From Eubacteriales bacterium (GTDB lineage: Bacteria > Bacillota > Clostridia > Oscillospirales > CAG-272), in NCBI GenBank assembly GCA_045127455.1, contig JBGVQK010000054.1:3059-67058 (forward strand): a stretch of DNA of 64,000 nucleotides, read 5' to 3'. A program made the translations under genes and the position numbers. Of the stretch, positions 1 to 8,997 are shown in pieces (position 1 is the stretch's first letter; each line of letters begins with the position of its first letter). The notes under the pieces are model-generated. The model saw only the letters and a program-made list of their open reading frames with translations. It was not told the origin of the DNA and did no database searches.

Positions 1-33
1 ATACTATGTGCGTATTTTGTAGAAGTATGCGAG

Positions 34-1368
34 GTGAAAGACTTGAAAAATGACGTAAGATATCAAAAAATGACACAGGCTCCCGTTGGCAAAACGATTG
101 TTGAATTGTCTATCCCCAATACGGTCGGGCTATTGGTAATAGCTGCGTACTCTTTGGCAGACTCTTTTTTTGTTTCGAGCCTGGGAACGCAAGCGGGAGC
201 GGCGGTTGGCATCGTCTTCCCTCTTCCCGTGCTCATTCAAGCGGTTGGCTACACCCTGGGGCTTGGTGCGGGGAGTCGGCTCTCTCGCGCGCTTGGAAAG
301 AAGGACGACAAAACGGCATCCCGGCTTGCCGCGTGCGCCATTGTTTGGGCGCTCATTCTTGGCGGTGGCATTGCTGCCTTGGGGCTTTGGCAAGAGCAAG
401 CCATTTTGCGTTTGTTTGGCGCCTCAAGGGATATGATGGACACCGCGCAGGCTTACCTGACGCCTCTGCTTTGGGCAACGCCTTCGATGTGCCTCTCCTT
501 TGTGCTCAGTCAACTGTTGCGTGCCGAAGGGCTTGCGACCTATTCGATGGTCGGTCTTGCCGCAGGCAGCATTTGCAATATTGTTCTTGACCCAATTTTG
601 ATCTCAAGCGTTGGAATGGGCATTGCAGGAGCTTCGACCACGACGCTCATCAGCCAAAATTTGAGTGCTTTGATATTACTGTCGGCTTATGTGTTTCGCA
701 AAAGCCATTTGCGGCTATTTTCTCATTTTCGACTGGGAACGATTTTCCTCATTGGAAAAATCAGCGTCACGGGACTTCCCTCTCTGTTTCGGCAAGGGCT
801 TTCGGGCGTGGCGACAATTCTTGTCAATCACGCAGCAGCGGACTACTCGGATGCGGCGGTGTTGGCGCTCTCGCTCGTGGCGCGCGTATTCCTTTTGGTG
901 TTTAGCCTTTGCCTTGGAATTGGTCAAGGAATGATGCCTGTTGTGGGGTACAGCCACGGTGCGGGAAACGAGGAGCGGCAGGCGGATGCCTATCGCTTTG
1001 CCGTGCGCCTTTCAAGTGCGGCAATGTTTGTCATTTCAATTCCACTCATCATTTGGGCGCCCGAGGTGATTTCCCTCTTCCGCGATGATAGTGAGGTCAT
1101 TCGAATAGGCGCTTTTGCTCTGTGTGCGCAATGTGCCATTTTGTTCACCCACGGGCTTGTGACCTGCACCATTCTTTATTTGCAAGCAGTCGGGCGCGCC
1201 TTTCTTGGCACCGTTCTCGCAGCTGCTCGGCAGGGGTTTTTCTTTTTGCCCCTCGTATTTTTGTTGCCGATGAGGTTTGGCTTGCTTGGGCTTTGCTTGG
1301 CGCAGCCCGCGGCAGATGCCCTGACCTTTTTGTTTGCGTGGGGGGTCAAAAAAACAAAAATTTTGTAA
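34..1368 (+). CDS. MATE family efflux transporter
   Basis: 444 aa, about 12 hydrophobic segments; MATE motifs LSIPNTVG, AYSLADSFFV, CNIVLDPIL, GQGMMPVVGYSHGAGN. Start may be ATG at 70. Confidence 0.92.
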   Translation: MKDLKNDVRYQKMTQAPVGKTIVELSIPNTVGLLVIAAYSLADSFFVSSLGTQAGAAVGIVFPLPVLIQAVGYTLGLGAGSRLSRALGKKDDKTASRLAACAIVWALILGGGIAALGLWQEQAILRLFGASRDMMDTAQAYLTPLLWATPSMCLSFVLSQLLRAEGLATYSMVGLAAGSICNIVLDPILISSVGMGIAGASTTTLISQNLSALILLSAYVFRKSHLRLFSHFRLGTIFLIGKISVTGLPSLFRQGLSGVATILVNHAAADYSDAAVLALSLVARVFLLVFSLCLGIGQGMMPVVGYSHGAGNEERQADAYRFAVRLSSAAMFVISIPLIIWAPEVISLFRDDSEVIRIGAFALCAQCAILFTHGLVTCTILYLQAVGRAFLGTVLAAARQGFFFLPLVFLLPMRFGLLGLCLAQPAADALTFLFAWGVKKTKIL

Positions 1369-1401
1369 AAAGATGGGGAGACAGACGTCTCCCCATTTTT
1401 A
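1367..1401. terminator. Bidirectional intrinsic terminator
   Basis: AAAAAGATGGGGAGAC-agac-GTCTCCCCATTTTT between convergent genes. Confidence 0.8.
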
Positions 1402-1424
1402 TGTTCGGTTATTTTATTTGACAA

Positions 1425-3185
1425 TCAGTTTGCAGGAACAAGCTCAATGCTTGCGGTTGTGCCATCGTATGTGAATCTAACCTTGTAATTTCCGGTGGTT
1501 TTTACAACGATATTCGTTCCGTTTAAAACACCGTTTTCGCCAAAGTTAACATCCCACGATGCGTTTTTGCGCACCTTAAATTCCTTCCCCGCCTCGAGCG
1601 CGAGAACGTCGGACTCCCAAACGCCTTCAGCTACTTTGCTCAAAGGAATGTCGATACTCCATTCGGTGTTACAAATGTTGCCGATAACGCTCCAACCATC
1701 TTTTACTTTATTTACCTCTTCAAACGCATCCGTAAGCGTTTTTTCGTATGTGGCAAGAGCAGTGGCAAGGTCGGCATCTGTTTTAGCTGCTTCGGCATCT
1801 TCGGCAAGCATTTTGGCGATATCCCACCAGTTAGCAAAGAATTGAGGTTGTGGAATTGCATAATTGTTTTGTTTAGTAAGGGCTACCATAGAGGCATCCG
1901 CCATAACAGCCTCAGACTGTTGTGCTGCAAGATTAGAAGGACACCATTCAAAACGATTAAATCTTTCAAGCTGGCAGGCTTCACTTGTCAAATACTCGGC
2001 AAGGCGAGAAAGAACAGTCGCCTTCTTGGCATCGGTTTGGGGCTTGACACCCATAAGCTTGTGACCCGAGTAAGAACCGAGATGGTAGGACTTACCGTCA
2101 ACAGTAAAGGAAGGCAGATCGATTGCTCCGAGATTTTGACCAAAATGCTCCATAGCGGCATATTTATTCCAAACGCCGGTGACGATAACACCTGCGTCGG
2201 TGAAAATATCAGCGTTGGAATCGTAGCAAGAAGATTGAACGATCTTTTGCATCCCCTTCATAGCGATAAGACCGTTAGCGGAGTTAAAGGTATCATCAAA
2301 CGCTACAAATTTGCCTTCGGCATCCATCTCCCACTTAGAATGGCAACCCGTAGCCATGAAGAAGGAAGAAGAGTACCATGCGTTTCCAAGAGCAAAGCGG
2401 AACTTTTTGTTGTTCTTTTCGCAAGCTGCGATAAGTGCTTCAAGGCTTTCGGCATCTTCGGGAGAAATGATACTCGTATCATAATACATATAATATCCGT
2501 TCTCGCTGGTCATGGGATACGCATAAACGGTGCCGTTATAGGTTGCTGCCGCTACCGAGCCCTTATCGTTATTGGCAATAATATCATCGGCAACACTTTG
2601 CTCGGGCGCCATCAATACCTGCGACTGAACCAAACACGGGAGCATATCCTGCGTAAAGCAGTAGATTTCGGGAGCGTTTTCCGGATTTTTAATAATCATG
2701 AATCCTGCGGCTGCCTCGGTAACGCACTCAATTTTAGCGTTGATAACAATGCCGGGGTTCTCTTCCATAAAGTTTTCGATCTGTTGTCTAAACTGGTCAT
2801 CAACGCCATATTTTTCGGAAACCCAAAGTGTAACAGGGTAGGTTAAAACACCGCACATTGTGCATTCGCCGTTAGCCGTGCTATGGGGGATCTTATTGAT
2901 CTTTTTTTGTGGAATCAAAACCTCACCGCAATCAGAGCAATGTCTGCCCTCGGTAAGACCTGCGGCCGTGCAGGTGGGAGCAACTCCCTCGTCGATAATG
3001 ACAGTATGCTCGTGCGCGCTTGGCGTAGTTTCATCACTGCCGTTTGGCTTTTCGGTAGGTGTTGTCGTTGGCGTTGTTTGAGTGCTGCCATCCTTCATGG
3101 CGGGGTCATTGCACGCGGTAAGCATCAGTACACTCATCAATAAAACCAAGCACACAATGCACGCGATTTGAATTGTTTTTTTCAT
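1425..3185 (-). CDS. Extracellular sugar (maltodextrin-type) solute-binding lipoprotein with N-terminal Cys/His module and C-terminal SusE/SusF-like carbohydrate-binding module
   Basis: Lipobox LTAC; Thr-rich linker; PTCTAAG..HCSDCG..CTMCG module; MalE-like core (YAYPMTSENGYYMYY, VTGVWN, GSYSGHKLMGV); C-terminal WSVIG..W..EFKVRKNASWDVNFG. Confidence 0.75.
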   Translation of the reverse strand: MKKTIQIACIVCLVLLMSVLMLTACNDPAMKDGSTQTTPTTTPTEKPNGSDETTPSAHEHTVIIDEGVAPTCTAAGLTEGRHCSDCGEVLIPQKKINKIPHSTANGECTMCGVLTYPVTLWVSEKYGVDDQFRQQIENFMEENPGIVINAKIECVTEAAAGFMIIKNPENAPEIYCFTQDMLPCLVQSQVLMAPEQSVADDIIANNDKGSVAAATYNGTVYAYPMTSENGYYMYYDTSIISPEDAESLEALIAACEKNNKKFRFALGNAWYSSSFFMATGCHSKWEMDAEGKFVAFDDTFNSANGLIAMKGMQKIVQSSCYDSNADIFTDAGVIVTGVWNKYAAMEHFGQNLGAIDLPSFTVDGKSYHLGSYSGHKLMGVKPQTDAKKATVLSRLAEYLTSEACQLERFNRFEWCPSNLAAQQSEAVMADASMVALTKQNNYAIPQPQFFANWWDIAKMLAEDAEAAKTDADLATALATYEKTLTDAFEEVNKVKDGWSVIGNICNTEWSIDIPLSKVAEGVWESDVLALEAGKEFKVRKNASWDVNFGENGVLNGTNIVVKTTGNYKVRFTYDGTTASIELVPAN

Positions 3186-3405
3186 AGGCTTTTCCCTTTC
3201 GCGTTTTTGCCCGTCGGCATTTTATTTTTTGCACCAATCAAAAAGTGCGCAGCAGAAGCCACGCACAAAAAATGCACGACCTCTTGCTACCACACAAAAC
3301 TCTCAACATTTACCAGGAAACGCCAAAAGGAAGTCTGCATTTTTTACAAAAAAAATAATGCGACCCCTGATAAAAGTTGAATATTTGGTTTTGTGTGGTA
3401 TTTTC

Positions 3406-3434
3406 ATTTTAGCACACTTTTTGAAATTTGTCAA
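3406..3434 (-). promoter_or_regulatory. SigA promoter of the solute-binding lipoprotein gene
   Basis: Minus strand TTGACA-17-TAAAAT with extended TG; implies a leader of about 215 nt. Confidence 0.7.
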
Positions 3435-3454
3435 CATTTTTCTAAAAATATGCA

Positions 3455-3480
3455 AAGCAGGCAACAAAAGTTGCCTGCTT
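3455..3480 (-). terminator. Hairpin at the end of the radical SAM gene
   Basis: AAGCAGGCAAC-aaaa-GTTGCCTGCTT, a perfect 11-bp stem. Confidence 0.6.
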
Positions 3481-4915
3481 AACGTAAAAATATGGGTGGA
3501 TTTTTGTTTTCGTGCTGCAAAAAATCTGCCGCGAGCATTTGCTTGAGTTGGGAGAGATCAACGTTTTCCATCTTCTCCTTTGCATATTCCAAGAGATAAC
3601 GGAAGGCATCGGGTTGGGAGATGCGTTGCAAGGGGCGCGTGTCGCGCTCCTCTAAATAGAGGCTGAGCCCTTCCCAAAAGCTGAACGGAGAGTGCATCAA
3701 GGGCTCAAGATACCACAAAGCGTGTGCAAACCGTCCGCTTTCAAGGTAGCGGTCAAGCACCTCGGCTATGTGGGCAAGTCTTTGCATTTCTTCGTATGTT
3801 ATCCACTTGCTTTGCAGAACTGTGTAAGGCGGTGTGGGAAGATAGTGATATTCATATTCTTCGGCGCGCTCGCGCAGCTCTGTGCCGTAAAGGAGCTTGA
3901 GAAAACCGAGCTGCAGCATATCCGATGAGCCGTAGGCATCGTTAAAGGATTTGGCAAAGGATGCGTAATTCTCATACGGAAGCCCTGCGATCAGGTCGAG
4001 ATGCACGTGCACGTTGCCCACGTTTTTAATGCGTTTTGCAGCTGCTATGACCTTTGCGGCATCAATGTGGCGCGAGGATGCGGCAAGCGTCTCGGGATTG
4101 GTGCTTTGCAGACCAATTTCAAGCTGCACCTTCCCTTTTGGAAAACGCGAAAGGATATCGAAGCTTTCCTCATCAAGAAGCGAAGCGCAGATCTCAAAAT
4201 GATAGCTTTTTGTGTATTTTTCATCGAGCAAGGCGCGCCAAATGGCGTTTGCGCGGCGAACGTCGGCATTGAAGGTGCGGTCAACAAATTTGATGACCTT
4301 GCAATTGGTATGCAGCGCTTCAAAGGTTAAGAGCTCGTCCAGCGTTTGCTCCACGCTTTTAAAGCGCACACCGCGGGTTGCGGATGAGAGGCAATACGCG
4401 CAAGAATAAGGACAGCCGCGCGAGGATTCGTAATAGAGAATGCCGCCCGTCTCTTCATCGGGACGATAGTGCACGCCCGCATCGGCAAAGGTAACGGCTG
4501 TCTCCCCCAAAATGCGGGGGTAGTCTCTTCCCTCTCTCACCGCTTGGCAGAGTGAAAGCATGGCTTCCTCACCCTCGCCGCGCACGATGGCGTCTATCCA
4601 AGGGATATTTTCAAAGCGCTCAAGACCGTAGGATGCTTCGGGTCCACCGAACACGATGCGACTTTCGGGCAACAGACTCTTGAGCGTTTGGGCGATTGTG
4701 AGCATGGGTTCGATATTCCAAATATAGCAAGAAAAGCCGTAAACGTCGGCTTGCTCGCGGTACAGATGCTCCAAAATATGTGCGGTGCGGTCGCGCAAGG
4801 TATGCTCAACGAGCGCGACCTCAAAGCCTGCCCTCTCCAAAGGGTCACGCAGACAGCGAATTGCCAAATTGGAATGCGAAAAAGAGCCGTTTATGGCGAA
4901 TAATACAATCTTCAT
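3479..4915 (-). CDS. B12-binding domain radical SAM protein (DUF4080-type C-terminus)
   Basis: RGCPYSCAYC (CxxxCxxC); GFSCYIWN and GGPE in the cobalamin-binding domain; HLDLIAGLP, QLGFLKLLYGT. Start moved to MKIVLF after the AAGGAGG RBS. Confidence 0.85.
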   Translation of the reverse strand: MKIVLFAINGSFSHSNLAIRCLRDPLERAGFEVALVEHTLRDRTAHILEHLYREQADVYGFSCYIWNIEPMLTIAQTLKSLLPESRIVFGGPEASYGLERFENIPWIDAIVRGEGEEAMLSLCQAVREGRDYPRILGETAVTFADAGVHYRPDEETGGILYYESSRGCPYSCAYCLSSATRGVRFKSVEQTLDELLTFEALHTNCKVIKFVDRTFNADVRRANAIWRALLDEKYTKSYHFEICASLLDEESFDILSRFPKGKVQLEIGLQSTNPETLAASSRHIDAAKVIAAAKRIKNVGNVHVHLDLIAGLPYENYASFAKSFNDAYGSSDMLQLGFLKLLYGTELRERAEEYEYHYLPTPPYTVLQSKWITYEEMQRLAHIAEVLDRYLESGRFAHALWYLEPLMHSPFSFWEGLSLYLEERDTRPLQRISQPDAFRYLLEYAKEKMENVDLSQLKQMLAADFLQHENKNPPIFLR

Positions 4916-4940
4916 GCGTTTCCCCTCCTTTCGGGCTTCG

Positions 4941-5711
4941 TTATTTTTGATAGGTCCACAGAATGCCGAAATCATTTTTTAAAATTTCGTACAAACGGGC
5001 ATCGGTGACGTTTTCTTCAATGTGAATAAGCTCTCCGCCCTCAAAAACCTTATAGTCGCGGTCGTTGATGGCACGGCGGCCGTTTGGGGTTTTGATAGCC
5101 ACCATTGGCGACTTGTTAAAGGGAGATGCGGGGTGCTTTTCGCAATAAAACGAGGGTTGGATAAAGTCGATATCGAGCTGCTCTTCCTCGGTGAAGGAAT
5201 AGTAAGGCAACCATTCGCCGTCTAATTTTTCGCAAAGAACCCAGCCGAGGAAATCATCGCGCGAGAAGCGGAAGGTGCCGTTGCTGCACGCCTGCGGAGT
5301 GCCCTCTTCTAAAGCCAAAGGCGCGCGCGGAGCCTCGATGCCGATGCCGACCTCAACGACGTAGCGCTTGCCCTCACACTCGGCAACAACTACACGATGG
5401 CGACGTACGGGGATCTCTGCCTCGCCTTTCAAAAAGCGACCAAAGTAGCATTTGGTCTCAAATCCAAGTGCGCGCAAAAGCATAGCAACGGCACCGCCAA
5501 GCTCAAAGCAGAATCCGCCGCGGTGGTTGGTGACGATCTTTTCAAAAAGAGCATCTTCTGATAGATCAATGGCTTTGTCGTTTAAAATATCCAAATTTTC
5601 ATACGGAACTGTGCAGATGTGGCTCTCTTGGAGCTTTTTGAGAAACGCGTATGTGTGTGCCACCTCTGCAGGCGATATGCCGATTCGTTCAAGATAGAGA
5701 TTTGCGTTCAT
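4941..5711 (-). CDS. Arylamine N-acetyltransferase family protein (Cys-His-Glu triad variant)
   Basis: VPYENLDI, RGGFCFEL (Cys), RRHRVV (His), YVVEVGIG (Glu where Asp is usual). Confidence 0.88.
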   Translation of the reverse strand: MNANLYLERIGISPAEVAHTYAFLKKLQESHICTVPYENLDILNDKAIDLSEDALFEKIVTNHRGGFCFELGGAVAMLLRALGFETKCYFGRFLKGEAEIPVRRHRVVVAECEGKRYVVEVGIGIEAPRAPLALEEGTPQACSNGTFRFSRDDFLGWVLCEKLDGEWLPYYSFTEEEQLDIDFIQPSFYCEKHPASPFNKSPMVAIKTPNGRRAINDRDYKVFEGGELIHIEENVTDARLYEILKNDFGILWTYQK

Positions 5712-5807
5712 TGTAGGTCTCCGTTTCGTTACTTCCCTTGTATTATAGCACGAAAAGTGAAAAAAGTAAATAGGGAGAACACAGTTCGCCCTATTTTTGT
5801 AAAGGAA

Positions 5808-6890
5808 TTATGCTTTTTTATCAAACAACCTTTGGCAAAAGTCCTTTGTAAAGGCCTCCTTTGCATCAAAATCCATTGCGCTTGAGTAGATATCCTCCAG
5901 GCGGAAATGCACCTCGCGCACCTTTTCAAGGGCATCAAGTGCCTCGCCTTTGAGTGCTCGTGCTATGCGGTTGATCGCGCGCAATTCCCCTCTCACGCGC
6001 TTCATAGCTGCCGTATTGACAAAGCGACGCATAGGGATGCGCTGGTGCGGATAGTCGCACTCCTCCTCGGGACATACGACAAAGGCAATACCGCTATTGC
6101 AAAGGAAGAGACCGTCTATTTTTTCTGCCTCGACGGGGTCGTGCGAGATGCGAATGGAAAGCCGCTTTTGGGTGGCAAGTTTGCCAAGCTCCATCATCAA
6201 ATACTGTGCCGCTCCGTGGCAATCGGCAATCACGAATATCTCCTTTGCCTCCTGGAAGTAGGTATCCAAAGCCACCTCACCGCGCATACCGATGGAGTGC
6301 ATAAGGGCGGGCTGCGCACAGTACGCCTCTCCCATTGGCTCCTCGCGCAAAAGCTTTTGCGCAAAGGCGGCAATCTTCTCCTTTTGAATATAGGGAGAGA
6401 CAAGCGCATCTCGATTGGCGCGCATATCGCCAAAGCCGCTCAAATAGCGGTAGGCTCTGCGATAGGCTTCTCCCTTTTCGCGGTTCAGCTGCTCGATCTC
6501 CGTGCGGCGGCAAGAGAGCGCCTCACTGCTCCAAAACTGACCGAGGTTGACGATATCCTCCCACGCCCCCGGAGAGACGGGCTCAAATAAATGTGGCGCG
6601 GTGGCATCTAAAAGTGCGATCGTCCCTTCTCCTTCCTTTGTCAGTATCACCGCATCAAGAGAGGCAGGGTCAGAGGAGCAGTAGATATATTCACTCATCC
6701 AGCCGCGCTGGGTAGCATAGCCTGCCACGTCTCCCAAAAAGCGGCTCTTGCCCGTTCCGGGTCCTCCTTTGATTGCCCAAATGTGATTGATGCGCGGCGC
6801 GCGAAAAACCTCTTCGTAATAGCTGACAAAGCCGTTTGTGCTGTTGGATGCGGCAAAATAGGCATTCTGTCCGGTTGTTTTTATGCTCAT
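5808..6890 (-). CDS. Uncharacterised P-loop ATPase (PRK06851-like)
   Basis: ASNSTNGFVSYY, IKGGPGTGKS, CSSDPASLDAV, DATAPH: the pattern of this Clostridia/Bacillus family. Confidence 0.75.
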   Translation of the reverse strand: MSIKTTGQNAYFAASNSTNGFVSYYEEVFRAPRINHIWAIKGGPGTGKSRFLGDVAGYATQRGWMSEYIYCSSDPASLDAVILTKEGEGTIALLDATAPHLFEPVSPGAWEDIVNLGQFWSSEALSCRRTEIEQLNREKGEAYRRAYRYLSGFGDMRANRDALVSPYIQKEKIAAFAQKLLREEPMGEAYCAQPALMHSIGMRGEVALDTYFQEAKEIFVIADCHGAAQYLMMELGKLATQKRLSIRISHDPVEAEKIDGLFLCNSGIAFVVCPEEECDYPHQRIPMRRFVNTAAMKRVRGELRAINRIARALKGEALDALEKVREVHFRLEDIYSSAMDFDAKEAFTKDFCQRLFDKKA

Positions 6891-6918
6891 AAGCTTTCCC
6901 CCATTCTATTTTGCTATC

Positions 6919-6972
6919 ATTGTATGCAAGCGCGCGTGAAATGTTCTACTTTTTTGGGGCTTGGCATATAGT
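6919..6972. promoter_or_regulatory. Divergent putative mother-cell (SigE/SigK-type) promoters
   Basis: Plus strand TTCTAC-15-CATATAGT (6944-6972) before spoIIIAA; minus strand AC-16-CATACAAT (-10 at 6919-6926) before the ATPase. Confidence 0.5.
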
Positions 6973-6996
6973 AAATTAAAAAGACGAGGAGAGAGA

Positions 6997-7911
6997 ATGC
7001 AGAATATTCAAGTAGCATACAAGCCATCCCCCTTGCCCGACGTTTTGCGTGCGTGCCTGCCATCGTATTTTTGTGATGCGATCGCTCACGTGGGTGCTTT
7101 TGCAATTGAGGAGATTCGTTTGCGCAAAGCAAGAGAGCTGCGTGTGACCTCAAGGGGAAAAACGTTTGGCTGCGGCATTGTGGTAAACGAGCGCGATATG
7201 CAGGAGATCTTTAGCCGTATGTGCGGCGGTTCTCTTTATGCCTATGAGGAGACGATTCGCAAGGGGTACATTCCACTTGCGGGTGGTATTCGCGTAGGCG
7301 TTTGCGGAAGTGCGGCGTGCGAGGGTGGCAAAATAATTGGCGTGCACAGCATTACAGGGCTGATGATACGCATTCCGCACGCGGTGCCGCTTGAGGCAGA
7401 TATGCTTTTGCAACGCTTTTTTGAGGATCGCATGCCACGTGGAATGCTATTGTATTCCCCACCCGGGGGTGGAAAGACCACGCTTTTGCGCGCTATTGCA
7501 AAAGCGATGGCTTCCCCACGCTACGGGCGGCATACTGTGATCGTTGACACGCGCGGAGAGCTGAACGTGGGCTTGAACGACGCAACGCTCAACCTTGACG
7601 TTATGAGCGGATATCCGCGTGAGGTTGGCATTGAGATAGCTGTGAGAACGCTTGGCGCACAGATTATTGTTTGCGATGAGATCGGCAGTATGGCAGACGC
7701 ACGCGCCACGCTTGGGGCGGCAAACTGCGGTGTTCCACTCATTGCCTCGGCACACGCCGCCACACTTCAAGAGCTTTTGGAGCGCCCTGCAATCAAGCTT
7801 TTACATAGAGCGCACGTATTTGGCAAATATATCGGTCTTTCGCGTCGCACCACAAACGGGCTTGAGTACGACGTTACCGACTGGCAGGATATTTGCACAA
7901 AGGAGAAATAA
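6997..7911 (+). CDS. spoIIIAA: Stage III sporulation ATPase AA
   Basis: EEIRLR, GGSLYAYEETIRKGYI, RVGVCG, SPPGGGKTTLLR, CDEIG; first gene of the cluster; start at MQNIQ after AGGAG. Confidence 0.92.
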   Translation: MQNIQVAYKPSPLPDVLRACLPSYFCDAIAHVGAFAIEEIRLRKARELRVTSRGKTFGCGIVVNERDMQEIFSRMCGGSLYAYEETIRKGYIPLAGGIRVGVCGSAACEGGKIIGVHSITGLMIRIPHAVPLEADMLLQRFFEDRMPRGMLLYSPPGGGKTTLLRAIAKAMASPRYGRHTVIVDTRGELNVGLNDATLNLDVMSGYPREVGIEIAVRTLGAQIIVCDEIGSMADARATLGAANCGVPLIASAHAATLQELLERPAIKLLHRAHVFGKYIGLSRRTTNGLEYDVTDWQDICTKEK

Positions 7912-7912
7912 A

Positions 7913-8383
7913 ATGCTAAAATTTTTGGGTGCCTTGCTGATTTTGGCGGTGGGCGTTTTTGCCGCCTTTGTGTCGGTGCAATATGAAAAAAAGAGGCTTT
8001 CGGTGGTGGACGGTTGGATCGACCTTATTCTTTACATTCGCTCACAGATCGACTGTTACCTGATGCCATTGGATGACATTCTCTCGGGTGGAGATCGCGC
8101 GCTTTTTGAGGCTTGTATGTCCCCCTCAAACGCGGCGGATCTGCCTGCCATTCTCGAGGCATCGGGGATCTATCTTGACGGTGACGGAAAACGCCTGATT
8201 GAGGGCTTTGTGCGCGAGATTGGAGCAGGCTATCGCGAAGAACAGATCAAAAGGTGCGATTTTTTTATTTCATCCCTGCGTACGCAGCGTGAAAGAATTG
8301 CCGCGCAGCTTCCCCTGCGCACGCGTCTTTGTGCTACGCTTTGCATTTGTATTGCGCTTGCAACGGCAATTCTGCTCTGGTAA
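7913..8383 (+). CDS. spoIIIAB: Stage III sporulation protein AB
   Basis: N-terminal TM, helical middle, C-terminal TM; position after spoIIIAA; start MLKFLG at 7913. Confidence 0.8.
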   Translation: MLKFLGALLILAVGVFAAFVSVQYEKKRLSVVDGWIDLILYIRSQIDCYLMPLDDILSGGDRALFEACMSPSNAADLPAILEASGIYLDGDGKRLIEGFVREIGAGYREEQIKRCDFFISSLRTQRERIAAQLPLRTRLCATLCICIALATAILLW

Positions 8384-8407
8384 ACTTAAAGAATTCGGAG
8401 AAATAAG

Positions 8408-8602
8408 ATGGATATTTCCTTGATTGTAAAAATTGCGGGCATCGGTATGCTTGTGTCGGTTGCCTCACAGATACTCAGCAAAAGCGGACGTGACGAGCAA
8501 GCAATGCTTGTAACGATTGCAGGGATCATTGCGACCTTAATGCTCCTGATATCACAGATCAGAGAGCTTTTTGATATGATCGTTTCGGTTTTTGGAATGT
8601 AG
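8408..8602 (+). CDS. spoIIIAC: Stage III sporulation protein AC
   Basis: MDISLIVKIAGIGMLVSVASQILSKSGRDEQA, a classic SpoIIIAC sequence. Confidence 0.93.
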   Translation: MDISLIVKIAGIGMLVSVASQILSKSGRDEQAMLVTIAGIIATLMLLISQIRELFDMIVSVFGM

Positions 8603-8604
8603 AA

Positions 8605-8997
8605 ATGACGGTTAAATTGTGTATGATAGCGCTCTTGATTTTGGCAAGCGCGGGCATCATTAAGCAATGGAAAGCGGATTTTGTGCCGCTCATTCGTATA
8701 GGCGCCATCGTTTTGTTTGGCAGCTTGCTCATAGCAAGTGCCAAGCCTCTGCTCTCCCTCATAAGCAATTTGGGCGGTCGCGCAGGAGCATCCGAATACG
8801 TCGAAACGATACTGAAGGGGCTTGGGATCGTCATTTTGACGCAGATCTGCTCCGACGTCTGCCGTGATAGCGGTGAGGGCACGCTTGCCACTCACATTGA
8901 AACGGTTGGAAAGGTGGAGCTTCTTCTTTTGTGCATTCCGCTCATTGAAAAGATCCTCGCCACCGCAACAAAGCTTTTACAGATGGGAGGAGGATGA
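8605..8997 (+). CDS. spoIIIAD: Stage III sporulation protein AD
   Basis: ILKGLGIVILTQICSDVCRDSGE..IETVGK..IPLI. Confidence 0.9.
   Translation: MTVKLCMIALLILASAGIIKQWKADFVPLIRIGAIVLFGSLLIASAKPLLSLISNLGGRAGASEYVETILKGLGIVILTQICSDVCRDSGEGTLATHIETVGKVELLLLCIPLIEKILATATKLLQMGGG

Noticed and set aside
3186-3225. GGGCAAA..GCGAAAG fragment in the SBP leader resembling a c-di-GMP-I riboswitch
   Set aside because: It runs straight into the start codon with no second stem; the match is too partial.
5777-5787. GAAC-ACA-GTTC, SOS-box-like, upstream of the NAT gene
   Set aside because: The spacer is 3 nt, not the 4 nt of the Firmicutes LexA box. No canonical box was seen upstream of uvrB either.
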